DNA of 63,855 bases from Candidatus Levyibacteriota bacterium (GCA_038205015.1 JBBRCK010000006.1:1-63855); one strand, 5' to 3'. Counted from the first letter of the stretch, positions 10,226-19,319 are shown. Numbers and translations: made by a program. Notes: generated by a model from the sequence alone, not told the origin.

Positions 10226-10270
10226 GAGCTACTCTAGGTTAATATTTTCACAAAAAAAATTATTGTCAAT

Positions 10271-10690
10271 TTATTTAACACTTTTAAATCCATTATTTAG
10301 CTTAATTGCTAAAAGAAAAACTAATAACATGACAATTTGGCAAGCTAGACAAACCGGGCAGATTACTTTTAATATAAATATTTCCTGTAAAGTGATAGAA
10401 AGACAAAAAATCATTCCAAAAGTCGACATTCCCAAAATTATTTTTTGTTTTTTTAAAATTGACGATATTAAAATCACAATATAACCTACTAACCCAATTA
10501 AAGAAACAGGAATTCCAAAAAGAGTTGATAGACTTCCCTTTGTTACTGCGTCACAATTTACTGTAGTGTTTATAAAACATGATTCTATTATTGGTTTTGT
10601 AAGAAAATTATAAAAAAGATAGATTGCCAAAAATATGCCTAAAGTAGATAGTCCAATTAACATTTTATATGTATTCTTTTTCTTAAGCAT
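10271..10690 (-). CDS. Vitamin K epoxide reductase (VKOR) family disulfide-formation protein
   Basis: Loop Cys pair ESC...NCDAV, LFGIPVSLIGLVGY, active-site CPVC, four TMs. Confidence 0.9.
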   Translation of the reverse strand: MLKKKNTYKMLIGLSTLGIFLAIYLFYNFLTKPIIESCFINTTVNCDAVTKGSLSTLFGIPVSLIGLVGYIVILISSILKKQKIILGMSTFGMIFCLSITLQEIFILKVICPVCLACQIVMLLVFLLAIKLNNGFKSVK

Positions 10691-10695
10691 ATTAA

Positions 10696-10950
10696 TTATT
10701 CGTTAGTTAGGGTCTGCACATCTTTTGAATGATTGCCCTGTGCATTAACAACTTTTATGTTTTTATTTTGTACCAGGCCTTCGAAATTATAAACAGACAG
10801 CCCTACTACAAACAAAACAAAAATAACCATTACAAAGAGCACTACCACGTGAAGATAGTTTTTCTTCTCCGACCCAAGATCCTTAACATTGGTTAGAACG
10901 TTCAATTGAGACATGCTCATATTGTCTGTATTGGGAATTTGATTGTCCAT
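10696..10950 (-). CDS. Hypothetical single-TM protein
   Basis: 84-aa ORF with a central TM, 5 nt upstream of VKOR. Confidence 0.55.
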   Translation of the reverse strand: MDNQIPNTDNMSMSQLNVLTNVKDLGSEKKNYLHVVVLFVMVIFVLFVVGLSVYNFEGLVQNKNIKVVNAQGNHSKDVQTLTNE

Positions 10951-11043
10951 AAATAAAATCTTCTCAGTTATTCTCTCTCATGTCAAATATATTTTCAAGT
11001 AAAATTTGTAAAAATAATTGAAAGTTGTATACTACACTAAATC

Positions 11044-11505
11044 ATGAAGGTTTCTGATGTATTCCAAAAAAAAGTTGGCTATACAACCTCAGACGCATCT
11101 CTTTTAGAGGCTGCAAAATTTATTTTCGGGCATGGGCACCAGGGAATACCGGTCGTTAAAAAACCAAACAATAAGTTAATTGGATTTATAACCGAACAAG
11201 ATATTCTATCGGAACTTTTCCCAAAAGTTAGTGACTTATTCGAAGATTATATTCATGAAAGGGATTTTGAAAGAATGGAAAAAAATATTAAACCGATACT
11301 TTCTAAAAAAGTGAAAGAGGTAATGAGTAAAAAAGTGGTTTTTATTCATGTTGAAGATGCTCTTTTAAAAGCAGAGGCAGTCATGAAATTAAGAAATATT
11401 GCCAGACTTCCTGTTGTTAATGATAAGGGAAATTTGATAGGTATTATTTCCAAGGTAGATATTTTTAGGGCCTTGGTTAATCGTAAATTACGAGGATTTA
11501 AATAG
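11044..11505 (+). CDS. CBS-domain pair protein
   Basis: Two repeats of IPVV/LPVV...LIG(F/I)I(T/S)..D. Confidence 0.9.
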   Translation: MKVSDVFQKKVGYTTSDASLLEAAKFIFGHGHQGIPVVKKPNNKLIGFITEQDILSELFPKVSDLFEDYIHERDFERMEKNIKPILSKKVKEVMSKKVVFIHVEDALLKAEAVMKLRNIARLPVVNDKGNLIGIISKVDIFRALVNRKLRGFK

Positions 11506-11507
11506 AC

Positions 11508-11633
11508 TTATTTTAAAAAGATATAACCTAAGAAGGCAATTAAAAATCCTACTCCTATAATTCCTGAGCCTATGGTTACATATTTAAAAACAATATATAA
11601 AGAATCTTTGCTAGAAATATTATTTTTATCCAC
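11508..11633 (-). CDS. Small single-TM protein missed by the ORF track
   Basis: GTG...TAA, MDKNNISSKDSLYIVFKYVTIGSGIIGVGFLIAFLGYIFLK (41 aa); fills the gap convergent with the CBS gene. Confidence 0.5.
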   Translation of the reverse strand: MDKNNISSKDSLYIVFKYVTIGSGIIGVGFLIAFLGYIFLK

Positions 11634-11744
11634 GACTAAATTATTTCAAGAATATAAAACTGTGTCAATTATTTTTAACTTTAACCACCCGTTGAAAAAT
11701 ACCGCTTGACAACAAGGGGCCTAATGTAAGCATAATATAAATAC

Positions 11745-11945
11745 ATGGCAAGAAAAACAGTTAAAAAATCAAAAATAGTAACTTCTAAATATAAGCCTTT
11801 TGTACTTTATGGAAAATATGACAAAAAATGGGCGCTGTTGTATCTGTTTGTAGATTTATGTATTGGCTTTTCCTTGGGCTTTATGCTTCAACCTTACATC
11901 GTTACAATGCTAACCAGTTATGCCACAAGTATTTTCGGCAATTAA
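11745..11945 (+). CDS. Small membrane protein
   Basis: Basic N-terminus plus one TM; TTGACA upstream. Confidence 0.55.
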   Translation: MARKTVKKSKIVTSKYKPFVLYGKYDKKWALLYLFVDLCIGFSLGFMLQPYIVTMLTSYATSIFGN

Positions 11946-12137
11946 CCCCTACCGATAAACAACACTAAGCACTGTTATTTTAATTTTTGGGCATCTTTTA
12001 GTCACAATCTGTTATCTGTAACAATATTTAGGGGTGACTTCTTCCTCCGTGAGGATATAAGTTTTCCTAACAATACATAGAACCCACTTTACCACAAAAA
12101 ATAAGATTAAATAAAAGATAATTACAATTTATCAAAA

Positions 12138-12440
12138 CTATTTATCCTTTGCTCTGTCTAACTTATCAAGCTTAAGGAGTTTTACTCCGTAATAAACTAC
12201 TATTGCTACTACCAAAAAATCTATTGCTACGCTTATAAAATCTCCCCACATTAGCTTTGCTGCCCCGGCCATAACATAAGCATTTTTTAAATTTAATCCT
12301 CCCATTAATAAACCAATTAAAGGATTTAATAAATCAGTAACTAATGCTGTTACCATTTTGGCAACGGCACCTCCTAGGATAAAACCAACAGCTAAGCCAA
12401 CTACTCCTTGTTCCTTTACAAAATCTATGAAACTTTTCAT
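12138..12440 (-). CDS. mscL: Large-conductance mechanosensitive channel
   Basis: FIDFVKEQGVVGLAVGFILGGAV...VTDLLNPLIG, WGDFISVAIDF; SD GGAGGTGA before ATG 12440. Confidence 0.9.
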   Translation of the reverse strand: MKSFIDFVKEQGVVGLAVGFILGGAVAKMVTALVTDLLNPLIGLLMGGLNLKNAYVMAGAAKLMWGDFISVAIDFLVVAIVVYYGVKLLKLDKLDRAKDK

Positions 12441-12495
12441 ATCTATCACCTCCTTCCCTATTAAAATAGTTACATATTGCTGTAATAAATGTCAA

Positions 12496-12554
12496 TTTTG
12501 AAGATAATTTGGCTCCAAGGAATTTACAACGTTAGAACCTATTTCATTGCTTAG
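12496..12554 (+). repeat. att-like scar S1 (tRNA-end copy with CCA + motif B)
   Basis: TTTTGAAGATAATTTGGCTCC...GTTAGAACCTAT; reads [18 protein letters not shown]. Confidence 0.65.
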
Positions 12555-13305
12555 GAGGTAAAGGTAAAAATACACTTGTTTGTTTTTTATATTTTTCAAA
12601 GTCTTGCCGTCCGGCGTATTTTTTTTCAAGAAGCGGCACACCAGAGACAAACAGAATTAAAATCGTAATCGTTATCGGTCCAATTATTGTAAACAGTCCA
12701 CTTGGAATAGCTAATGAAATAATAAATATTCCCCACCACATGGTTACTTCTCCAAAATAATTAGGGTGACGAGAATACTTCCAAAGACCCTCTTGCATTA
12801 CTTTCCCTTTATTTTCAGGCTTACTAATAAAATTAGATAATTGAGCATCTCCTGTGACTTCAAAATAAAAACCAACAAGCCAAACTGCGATCCCCAAAAT
12901 ACTAAGAATACTAAAACTTGACAGTTTAGAATTATTTATAAAAATAACAGGTATTGAAATTAAAAATAACATTAATCCCTGAAGCATAAATACCTGCAGA
13001 AAGCTACGAAAGTAAAAATTTTTCCATTCTTTTCGCCAAGCAAGATAACGTGAATCTTCCGGCTTACCCTTGTGTCTTTTATAAATATGCCACGCTAGAC
13101 GAACTCCCCAAATAGTAACAAGGATATTCACCAAGATGGAAAGAAGAGAAAATCCAGAAATTACAAATGAAATCCAAGCAAGAATTGGAAAACCCAATCC
13201 CCAGGCAATATCAGCAACATCATTTCTTTTTTTAATTATTGAGATAATAAACCAAAAAAACATATAAACAAATAAAATTGAGGCTAAGATGAGGTAAAAG
13301 TTCAT
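12544..13305 (-). CDS. DUF1295 membrane protein (steroid 5-alpha-reductase-like)
   Basis: [39 protein letters not shown]; ATG 13305 overlaps the upstream TGA (ATGA). Confidence 0.88.
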   Translation of the reverse strand: MNFYLILASILFVYMFFWFIISIIKKRNDVADIAWGLGFPILAWISFVISGFSLLSILVNILVTIWGVRLAWHIYKRHKGKPEDSRYLAWRKEWKNFYFRSFLQVFMLQGLMLFLISIPVIFINNSKLSSFSILSILGIAVWLVGFYFEVTGDAQLSNFISKPENKGKVMQEGLWKYSRHPNYFGEVTMWWGIFIISLAIPSGLFTIIGPITITILILFVSGVPLLEKKYAGRQDFEKYKKQTSVFLPLPPKQ

Positions 13306-13706
13306 AGTCCCATTTTTGAAGCAATAAGATAAGCTATTGTAGAAACCGAAGCAGCCAAAATCGTTCCCCAAGCCATATCAACCAAAGATACTAAAAGAGG
13401 CCAATTTTTTAAGGTAGCAAGATTGGTCAAATCATAGGTAGCATATGTAAAAAATCCGAAAAGTGCACCAAAAACTAAAGCATAAACCCAAGAATGCTTT
13501 TCAACAGCCGGAGAAATAACAAATAATATAAGACCAACAATAAAAAGAAGATAAAAAGAAATTGCAGCTACCCAATTGACATTTGTCTTCATCAGTAAGC
13601 CTAGCTGCTCAGCGTAAAATTTTCTGGCAACTAAAGATAACCAAATCAAATCAATTGCGAAAAAGACTGGCAGGGTTATTGCATAAAGTTTTAAAAAGGA
13701 TTGCAT
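13302..13706 (-). CDS. DUF2177-family membrane protein
   Basis: [29 protein letters not shown]...VDMAWG; ATG 13706 follows TATAAT by 6 nt. Confidence 0.88.
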   Translation of the reverse strand: MQSFLKLYAITLPVFFAIDLIWLSLVARKFYAEQLGLLMKTNVNWVAAISFYLLFIVGLILFVISPAVEKHSWVYALVFGALFGFFTYATYDLTNLATLKNWPLLVSLVDMAWGTILAASVSTIAYLIASKMGL

Positions 13707-13731
13707 ATAACGATTATATGCAAATAAATTG

Positions 13732-14061
13732 CTAAATTCTACAATCACATCTCTTCTTATGCAAATTCTCTATTTGTTCCTTTATTGAATTAATTAATAT
13801 ATCTTGTTTTGCCAATCCGCGTGCTTGAGATTTAAGCAAGGGGCTTCTATGATTATATTTTCTTCTTTCCATTTCTTGCACTAAAAGCTCATGACGATTG
13901 TATAAAGCTTTTAGTTTTCCTTTCCAACGCAGTGTTTCGGGATGCTTGGAATACCCCTTTTTATCTTCGGTTATTACTACCCATAAAGCGTGTAACTCCC
14001 GATGCTCCCCTAATAAATGCTGTCTACAAAGAATAGATGGATGTAAATCCCAAATTCTCAT
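13732..14061 (-). CDS. Pyrimidine-dimer DNA glycosylase / T4 endonuclease V-like protein
   Basis: MRIW...LCRQHLLGEHRELH, HPETLRW, RHELLVQEMERRKYNH. Confidence 0.8.
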   Translation of the reverse strand: MRIWDLHPSILCRQHLLGEHRELHALWVVITEDKKGYSKHPETLRWKGKLKALYNRHELLVQEMERRKYNHRSPLLKSQARGLAKQDILINSIKEQIENLHKKRCDCRI

Positions 14062-14076
14062 TTTTAAATTATATCA

Positions 14077-14140
14077 TTTCGAGGCTATTTGGCTCCGCAG
14101 GATAATTATTTACCCTGAGAGTACCGAAAAGATATTATAA
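14077..14140 (+). repeat. att-like scar S2 (tRNA-end copy with CCA)
   Basis: TTTCGAGGCTATTTGGCTCCGC versus TTTTGAGGCTAATTTGCTCCGC at the tRNA end; reads FEAIWLRR... Confidence 0.65.
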
Positions 14141-14146
14141 TCTGGC

Positions 14147-14446
14147 TTAAATAGGACATGTATTTCTTCCGATTGCAGCATAAAATCCACACCATGAAAA
14201 CATTGCTTCAAACAAGGCAAATCCTGAAAAAAACAATAACATAAAATTGCTTGAAGAAAAACCAAGGATTAATAAAATTACTGAAATAGAAATTCTAAGT
14301 ATCTTGTCTGGTTTACCAATATTGGGATTTGCATTCTTTTTAAAATTCTTGGGGGCATATTTCTTTAATATAAATCTATAAGAAAAACCAAATATAAAAG
14401 CAGCAATATATGCAATTAAAAGTGTCTCCACAAGCTTATTATACAT
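14147..14446 (-). CDS. DUF2892 (YgaP-like) membrane protein
   Basis: NIGKPDKILR, EAMFSWCGFYAAIGRNTC. Confidence 0.8.
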   Translation of the reverse strand: MYNKLVETLLIAYIAAFIFGFSYRFILKKYAPKNFKKNANPNIGKPDKILRISISVILLILGFSSSNFMLLFFSGFALFEAMFSWCGFYAAIGRNTCPI

Positions 14447-14463
14447 GATGATTTTCGGAAAAC

Positions 14464-14498
14464 AATTTGCTTCGCGAGCCGAAGGGATGTTAAAACCT
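14464..14498 (+). repeat. att-like scar S3
   Basis: AATTTGCTTCGCGA-GCCGAAGGGATGTTAAAACCT; shares GCCGAAGGGATGTTA (15 bp) with S6. Confidence 0.7.
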
Positions 14499-14536
14499 AT
14501 TTTAAATATTGGCTAGAAGAACGAATGCAAGAAATA

Positions 14537-15721
14537 TTAATCCCCAAATGCATGAATAACCGGTTCCGGCCTAACGATTTTAAGTGAAATCAAAAAAGAT
14601 ATTATTGTTAGAACCGCTGCAACTATAAATGGCGAGGAAATAAGAATAGATGCCAAAAATCCTCCTGCAATCGGACCGATAATCTGCCCTATGCTCATAT
14701 AAGAAGAATTAAGACCCTGTACGGAACCCTGCGATTTTGCATCGGATTCCTGTGAAAGGATAGTCTGAATGAGTGGATTAATAAATGAATTTGTCAAAGC
14801 AAACAGCAATCCAAAAATTATGAATAACATAAAGCCCGTGAATAAATAAAGAGCCAGAAAAACAATTGAAAGTGCTAAAAATGAACGCGACAATAATTTT
14901 CTTACCCCAAAGCGCTTAGAAAGTCTTCCGATTAAAAATACCTGGGTCACTATTCCAATAAATCCTATTGCAGTAAAAAACAAAGATATCTGGGAAGGAG
15001 TAAAATGAAGAACCTTTATGGCATATGGCTGGAATGTTGTCACATACATTGAAAAAGTAATTGCGTAAACAAGGGAAATTGCAAGAACAAGACCAATATT
15101 CTGATCTTTTAGTGCAAGGAATAAGCTTTTGAAATCAAATAACTGTTTATTGTGAACTTGACCGATATTTTTATTCGTTTCAGGTAAGAGAAGCCATGTA
15201 AGAATGGTCGCTACAACGGAGATGATACCTGCAATAATAAAAGGGAGAGCCGGTGATATACCGTAAGTAAAAGCGGAGATTGCCGGACCGAAGAAAAAAC
15301 CGAAACCGAAAGAAGCTCCAATAACCCCAAATCCCTTTGCCCTATCTTTAGGCTCTGTTGAATCAGCTATTACAGCGGATGCTACCGGTAAATTTCCTGC
15401 AGTTGCTCCGTCAAGAGCTCTTGCTAAAAAAATAAATAAGGCACTCGGCGCAAAAGCCATCATAAAAAATGATAGTGCTGTTCCGGCGATAGACACCGTA
15501 AGAAGTGGTTTTCTACCGTATTTATCAGAAAGTCTTCCTATTAGAGGTGCCGATAAAAATTGGCATAATGAGAATAAGGCAAACAATAATCCATTTTGAA
15601 AAACTGAGAGGCCATATTTTAAAGAATAAGAATATAGTATAGGAATAATAATGCCGTAACCTAAAGCATTAACAACCGCAATTAGACCGATTATAAATAA
15701 TGTCCTATTATTTTTTAGCAT
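14537..15721 (-). CDS. MFS drug:H+ antiporter (DHA1/TetA-like)
   Basis: GRLSDKYGRKP motif A, ARALDG, GFFFGPAISA. Confidence 0.9.
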   Translation of the reverse strand: MLKNNRTLFIIGLIAVVNALGYGIIIPILYSYSLKYGLSVFQNGLLFALFSLCQFLSAPLIGRLSDKYGRKPLLTVSIAGTALSFFMMAFAPSALFIFLARALDGATAGNLPVASAVIADSTEPKDRAKGFGVIGASFGFGFFFGPAISAFTYGISPALPFIIAGIISVVATILTWLLLPETNKNIGQVHNKQLFDFKSLFLALKDQNIGLVLAISLVYAITFSMYVTTFQPYAIKVLHFTPSQISLFFTAIGFIGIVTQVFLIGRLSKRFGVRKLLSRSFLALSIVFLALYLFTGFMLFIIFGLLFALTNSFINPLIQTILSQESDAKSQGSVQGLNSSYMSIGQIIGPIAGGFLASILISSPFIVAAVLTIISFLISLKIVRPEPVIHAFGD

Positions 15722-15776
15722 GAATGTTTATTCTATAATAAAATAAAGTTAATTAAAATATAGAACACAAAATTAT

Positions 15777-15801
15777 GGGGCTAATTTGCTCTGTGGGTCG
15801 A
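15777..15801 (+). repeat. att-like scar S4 (tRNA-end copy only)
   Basis: GGCTAATTTGCTC identical (13 bp) to 20198-20210; then TGTGGGTCGA, similar to S6. Confidence 0.65.
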
Positions 15802-15839
15802 TCAAGAAACATTCGACATCATAGTTATATTATCCAGGC

Positions 15840-15900
15840 TTTGGCTCCAAGAGACGCAATATTCCTGAAAAGAATTGAAGGAGACGATGTTAGAATCTAT
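15840..15900 (+). repeat. att-like scar S5
   Basis: TTTGGCTCCAAG identical (12 bp) to S1; GACGATGTTAGAA at 15883-15895. Confidence 0.6.
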
Positions 15901-15907
15901 ATTGCTT

Positions 15908-16552
15908 TTAATCCCAGCTACAAACATAGCTTCCTTTTTTGATTTCTTGAAGTCCACTTGTTTCACTTTTTTCTCTTTTTCGCATTGATTCTTGCCCATA
16001 GAAATATTCAATTTCTTGCCTTATGCTATCTAATTGTCCATTATTCTCTAATTTCAAGATGACATCTTCTGCGGAAATTTTTTTAATTTTAGCTAATATT
16101 TCCTTTTTTTCTTTTTCTCCAACATCTTTAAAGCTACCAAGCATATATTGAAACAAAGCTATAATTCTAGGTAGATGATATTTATTAGTAAGTATACCCA
16201 TCGGGTTTTCTTGCTTCCAGAGTTTTTTTTCAGAAATGTAACTTATTATTGATTTTGCATTTCCACAGGTATTTCCAGGAACACAATAAAGTTTTTCAAT
16301 TGAATCTTTATCTACGTCGCTTGTAAAAAATGACTCCATTACGTCTGGCCTGAATTTTTTCCATTTTTCATTTTTCCCACCCACAATAACGATTTTCTTT
16401 GTTATCTTATCTTTAAGTAAAAGCTCTGCCGCTCTTATCCTAAATCCTTTATCGAGTGCTCCTGATTCATCTTCTAAAAGTAGTTTATATTTGCTATTTA
16501 ATTTAAAAAAATCGACTGATAAAAGAAAGACGATAGAATAATTAGATTTCAT
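15908..16552 (-). CDS. YdcF/DUF218-like protein
   Basis: IVIVGG, NTCGNA, ILTNKYHLPR match the DUF218 pattern. Confidence 0.6.
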   Translation of the reverse strand: MKSNYSIVFLLSVDFFKLNSKYKLLLEDESGALDKGFRIRAAELLLKDKITKKIVIVGGKNEKWKKFRPDVMESFFTSDVDKDSIEKLYCVPGNTCGNAKSIISYISEKKLWKQENPMGILTNKYHLPRIIALFQYMLGSFKDVGEKEKKEILAKIKKISAEDVILKLENNGQLDSIRQEIEYFYGQESMRKREKSETSGLQEIKKGSYVCSWD

Positions 16553-16570
16553 AAGAAGAAGTATATCAAA

Positions 16571-16619
16571 TTGAAGCTAATTTTGATCCGTGGGCCGAAG
16601 GGATGTTAGAACCTGCTTA
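16571..16619 (+). repeat. att-like scar S6
   Basis: TTGAAGCTAATTTTGATCCGTGG-GCCGAAGG-GATGTTAGAACCTGCTTA; last 18 bp identical to S8. Confidence 0.75.
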
Positions 16620-16651
16620 AGATTTACAAATTTTAATATATACTAAAATAT

Positions 16652-16945
16652 ATGCCCCATACGCTCAGGAGTAAAAAGGTAACTAAAAATAATAAACTTT
16701 TATATATCCTCGCATACTCTACTTCTGTAATTGGCCCATTCTTTGCTATTCCTCAAATATACGACATTATAATTAATAAAAACTCTCAAGGCATATCAAT
16801 TATAACCTGGGTGGGGTATTTGGGCGTTGCATTAATTTGGGCTTGGTATGGAATTGTTAAGAAAGATAAACTAATTATCTTTTGTAATGTATTGTGGGCA
16901 ATTTCTGAATTATTAGTTGTGACTACTGCTTTTATTTATAAATGA
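16652..16945 (+). CDS. SemiSWEET / PQ-loop family transporter
   Basis: FFAIPQIYDII...SQGISIITW, YGIVKKDKLIIFCN; three TMs. Confidence 0.8.
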   Translation: MPHTLRSKKVTKNNKLLYILAYSTSVIGPFFAIPQIYDIIINKNSQGISIITWVGYLGVALIWAWYGIVKKDKLIIFCNVLWAISELLVVTTAFIYK

Positions 16946-17099
16946 GCTCCCCAAGCCTAGACTCAATATACCCGAAAACAGACATAACTTTGATAATATT
17001 ATCCAAAGTTTCCAAAATCGAAGCTATATTGGGGAAATGAGACAAAGGTGGGAGGAAATTAAGAAATTGCAAGGAGAAACAAATATAATTTTAAACTAG
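16944..17099 (+). pseudogene. Headless coding fragment, probable recombinase C-terminal tail (scar S7)
   Basis: GAGCTCCCC resembles the tRNA-end motif, followed by an open frame ELPKPRLNIPENRHNF...YIGEMRQRWEEIKKLQ...* with no upstream start. Confidence 0.4.
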
Positions 17100-17107
17100 C
17101 ATTAGTG

Positions 17108-17452
17108 CTATTTGATTAAATCTAATAAAACCATAGCTTCATTATGTTCAGTATCTTTCGCGCCATACAAAAGAGTTATTTCTTTATAGTTTTTCTCTAA
17201 CTCTTTTAACTGGCTGAGTAACTCGTTTTTATCTTTCAATTCTTTTTTGTATCTTTTTTTAAATTCTTCCCATTTCTTTGGGTCATGACCAAACCATTTT
17301 CGTAATTCCGTACTTGGAGCAATTTCTCTCAGCCACAAATCTAAGCGTGCTTCCTCTTTTGATACACCTCTTGGCCAAAGCCTGTCAACAAGTATCCTAA
17401 ATCCGTCACTTTTTTCCTGTTCTTCGTAAATTCGTTTTATTTGGATCTTCAT
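17108..17452 (-). CDS. DUF488 (YeaO-like) protein
   Basis: IKRIYE...[18 protein letters not shown]...[22 protein letters not shown]. Confidence 0.9.
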   Translation of the reverse strand: MKIQIKRIYEEQEKSDGFRILVDRLWPRGVSKEEARLDLWLREIAPSTELRKWFGHDPKKWEEFKKRYKKELKDKNELLSQLKELEKNYKEITLLYGAKDTEHNEAMVLLDLIK

Positions 17453-17456
17453 AGAA

Positions 17457-18173
17457 CTAATATCCAGTATATTCTTCTGTTCTTATATTATCTTCGTTTA
17501 CATTTGCCTCTGTTAATATTTGCCTCATAGTTTTAACCATGCCTGCAGGACCAGAAAGATAGTAAATCGGGGTAGTTAAATCAGAGATATGCTTCTTAAG
17601 CATGTCCTTAGTAACATGTCCTGTTTCGCCTTTCCATTCCTGCGGTGTTAATCTAGTCATAACCGGAATAAAAGTGAAGTTCGGATTTCCTTTTGCGAAT
17701 GACTCCAAATCACTCAAGAACGCTGCATCTTTTTGTGTCTTGTTAGAATAGAAAAGGGTTATTTTATGCGGGAGCTTATCATGTGTTGCTTGAGCGATAA
17801 TGCTTCTTACGGTAGTAATACCGATACCGCCCGTTAAGAATACAGCGGGAATCTTTTCAGTCTTATGAAGTATAAAATCACCATATGGAGCGTCTAATTT
17901 TACTTCAGATCCAAGAGGCAAGTCCTTCAATACTCTTTTGAAGGCAGTGTCTCGCATGCGGGTTGCACTCATTAAGTCCTTTTCAAAGGGCGCTGACGCA
18001 AAAGAAAAGCCACGAATATCTCCCTCCTCATCTGTTTCTGATGGGTTCAAGAGTGTATAATCGGCAAACTGTCCTGCCCTAAAAGTAAACTCTTCAGGTT
18101 TCTCAAAATAAAAAGCCATCGTTTCATTGGCAATTTCTTCTTTTTTTAATAATTTTACGGTGTAAATCGGCAT
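17457..18173 (-). CDS. FAD/NAD(P)-binding oxidoreductase (ferredoxin-NADP reductase-like)
   Basis: [32 protein letters not shown]; ATG 18173 lies just after the regulator stop. Confidence 0.88.
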   Translation of the reverse strand: MPIYTVKLLKKEEIANETMAFYFEKPEEFTFRAGQFADYTLLNPSETDEEGDIRGFSFASAPFEKDLMSATRMRDTAFKRVLKDLPLGSEVKLDAPYGDFILHKTEKIPAVFLTGGIGITTVRSIIAQATHDKLPHKITLFYSNKTQKDAAFLSDLESFAKGNPNFTFIPVMTRLTPQEWKGETGHVTKDMLKKHISDLTTPIYYLSGPAGMVKTMRQILTEANVNEDNIRTEEYTGY

Positions 18174-18177
18174 AGTT

Positions 18178-18483
18178 TTACTCCCAATGCTTGCATCCAT
18201 CAATACAATAAGCTCCGACGTGTTTTCTTATCAAGTTAAATAACGGTTGTATCGTCTCACTGTTTATTGCATAGATTCGCTCTTTACCGTCTCTCTCTAC
18301 CTCAACAAAGTGACAAAGCAGAAGCCGTTTCATGTCATGGGACACAGCAGATTGTTCAATCTCTAGCTTATCAGAAATAGATGATACACTTTGTTTTCCT
18401 TCTCTGTTTAAAAATTGCAGAATCTTCACCCGTTGCTTACTCCCAAGCACTGTGAAGAAGTCATCAAATGAATTATATATCAT
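18178..18483 (-). CDS. ArsR/SmtB-family transcriptional regulator
   Basis: RVKILQFL, SVSSISDKLEIEQSAVSHDMKRL, RDGKERIYAI. Confidence 0.85.
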   Translation of the reverse strand: MIYNSFDDFFTVLGSKQRVKILQFLNREGKQSVSSISDKLEIEQSAVSHDMKRLLLCHFVEVERDGKERIYAINSETIQPLFNLIRKHVGAYCIDGCKHWE

Positions 18484-18518
18484 ATGAATATGATATCATA
18501 TATTAATACCTGTGTCAA
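18477..18518 (-). promoter_or_regulatory. Promoter and probable autoregulatory operator of the ArsR-FNR-DUF488 operon
   Basis: TTGACA-17-TATCAT-6-ATG; inverted repeat ATATCATAT-GA-ATATGATAT (18477-18496) and palindrome ATATGATATCATAT (18488-18501). Confidence 0.65.
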
Positions 18519-18572
18519 GTTTTCCCGATAAATAATCTGTTGATATTATAATAAGAGGCCTTAGGCATCTCC

Positions 18573-18619
18573 CTTTTGAACCTAGCTCCGTGGGGATGGA
18601 CGATGTTAGAACCTGCTTA
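18573..18619 (+). repeat. att-like scar S8
   Basis: CTTTTGA...GCTCCGTGG...GACGATGTTAGAACCTG; 17 bp identical to S9. Confidence 0.75.
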
Positions 18620-18638
18620 TCTCAGGAAAAATCAACTT

Positions 18639-18878
18639 TTAAAACAGTCTAGCAACAAAAAGTACAACTAGAGAACCTGCAATTGCCACTATAAATGATG
18701 TCATATTGAAACCTGTTACTCCAACATTAAAAAACATTTCTCCTAAATAACCACCTACCACTGCTCCAACAATGCCTAGAATAATTGACCCTATAATTCC
18801 TCCTCTGGAGCTAGGTGCAATAAAATTGGCAATACTACCTGCAATTAATCCAAAAATTATCCAATAAAGAATACTCAT
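18639..18878 (-). CDS. GlsB/YeaQ/YmgE-family membrane protein
   Basis: WIIFGLIAGSIA...IILGIVGAVVGG...SFIVAIAGS; SD GAGGTG. Confidence 0.9.
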   Translation of the reverse strand: MSILYWIIFGLIAGSIANFIAPSSRGGIIGSIILGIVGAVVGGYLGEMFFNVGVTGFNMTSFIVAIAGSLVVLFVARLF

Positions 18879-18923
18879 ATTTCTTCACCTCACTTCTTGT
18901 CACAATAATCAATCTAAAGAAAA

Positions 18924-19319
18924 CTAATCAGATTTTCTTTCGCCCGACAATATTTTAAGCAACATTACAATTCCCCAAGCAATAACAGTATATGCAATTA
19001 ATGCTACTATGGTTGATGGCTCTAATACTGCAGTTGTTTCTACGCCTTGCGTATAACCTTGATGAAATATTCCCTGAAAAGGGAGAATAAAAATTCCAGT
19101 CAAACCGTAGATTAATCCGACAAATGCACTTCCTGGATTAGCACCTGTTAACTTCAGTATTAAACGAGAAACTAGAAGAATATCTAAAAGTCCAAACATA
19201 AAATAGATCAAGTATTGAATAGTTTGGTAACTAGATGCTTGTCTTTTGGTTTCAGTAGTTACAGACTCTTTCGGACCATCACTCTGAGTAGTTACAGACT
19301 CTTTTACAATTTCAGCCAT
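18924..19319 (-). CDS. YggT-like membrane protein
   Basis: RLILKLTGANPGSAFV...IYGLT..FILPFQGIF, LEPSTIVALIAY; SD GGGGGTGA. Confidence 0.7.
   Translation of the reverse strand: MAEIVKESVTTQSDGPKESVTTETKRQASSYQTIQYLIYFMFGLLDILLVSRLILKLTGANPGSAFVGLIYGLTGIFILPFQGIFHQGYTQGVETTAVLEPSTIVALIAYTVIAWGIVMLLKILSGERKSD

Noticed and set aside
13898-14140. + strand 80-aa ORF as a real gene
   Set aside because: It is mostly antisense to the endonuclease V-like gene; only its last ~20 codons (FEAIWLRR...) are meaningful, as part of scar S2.
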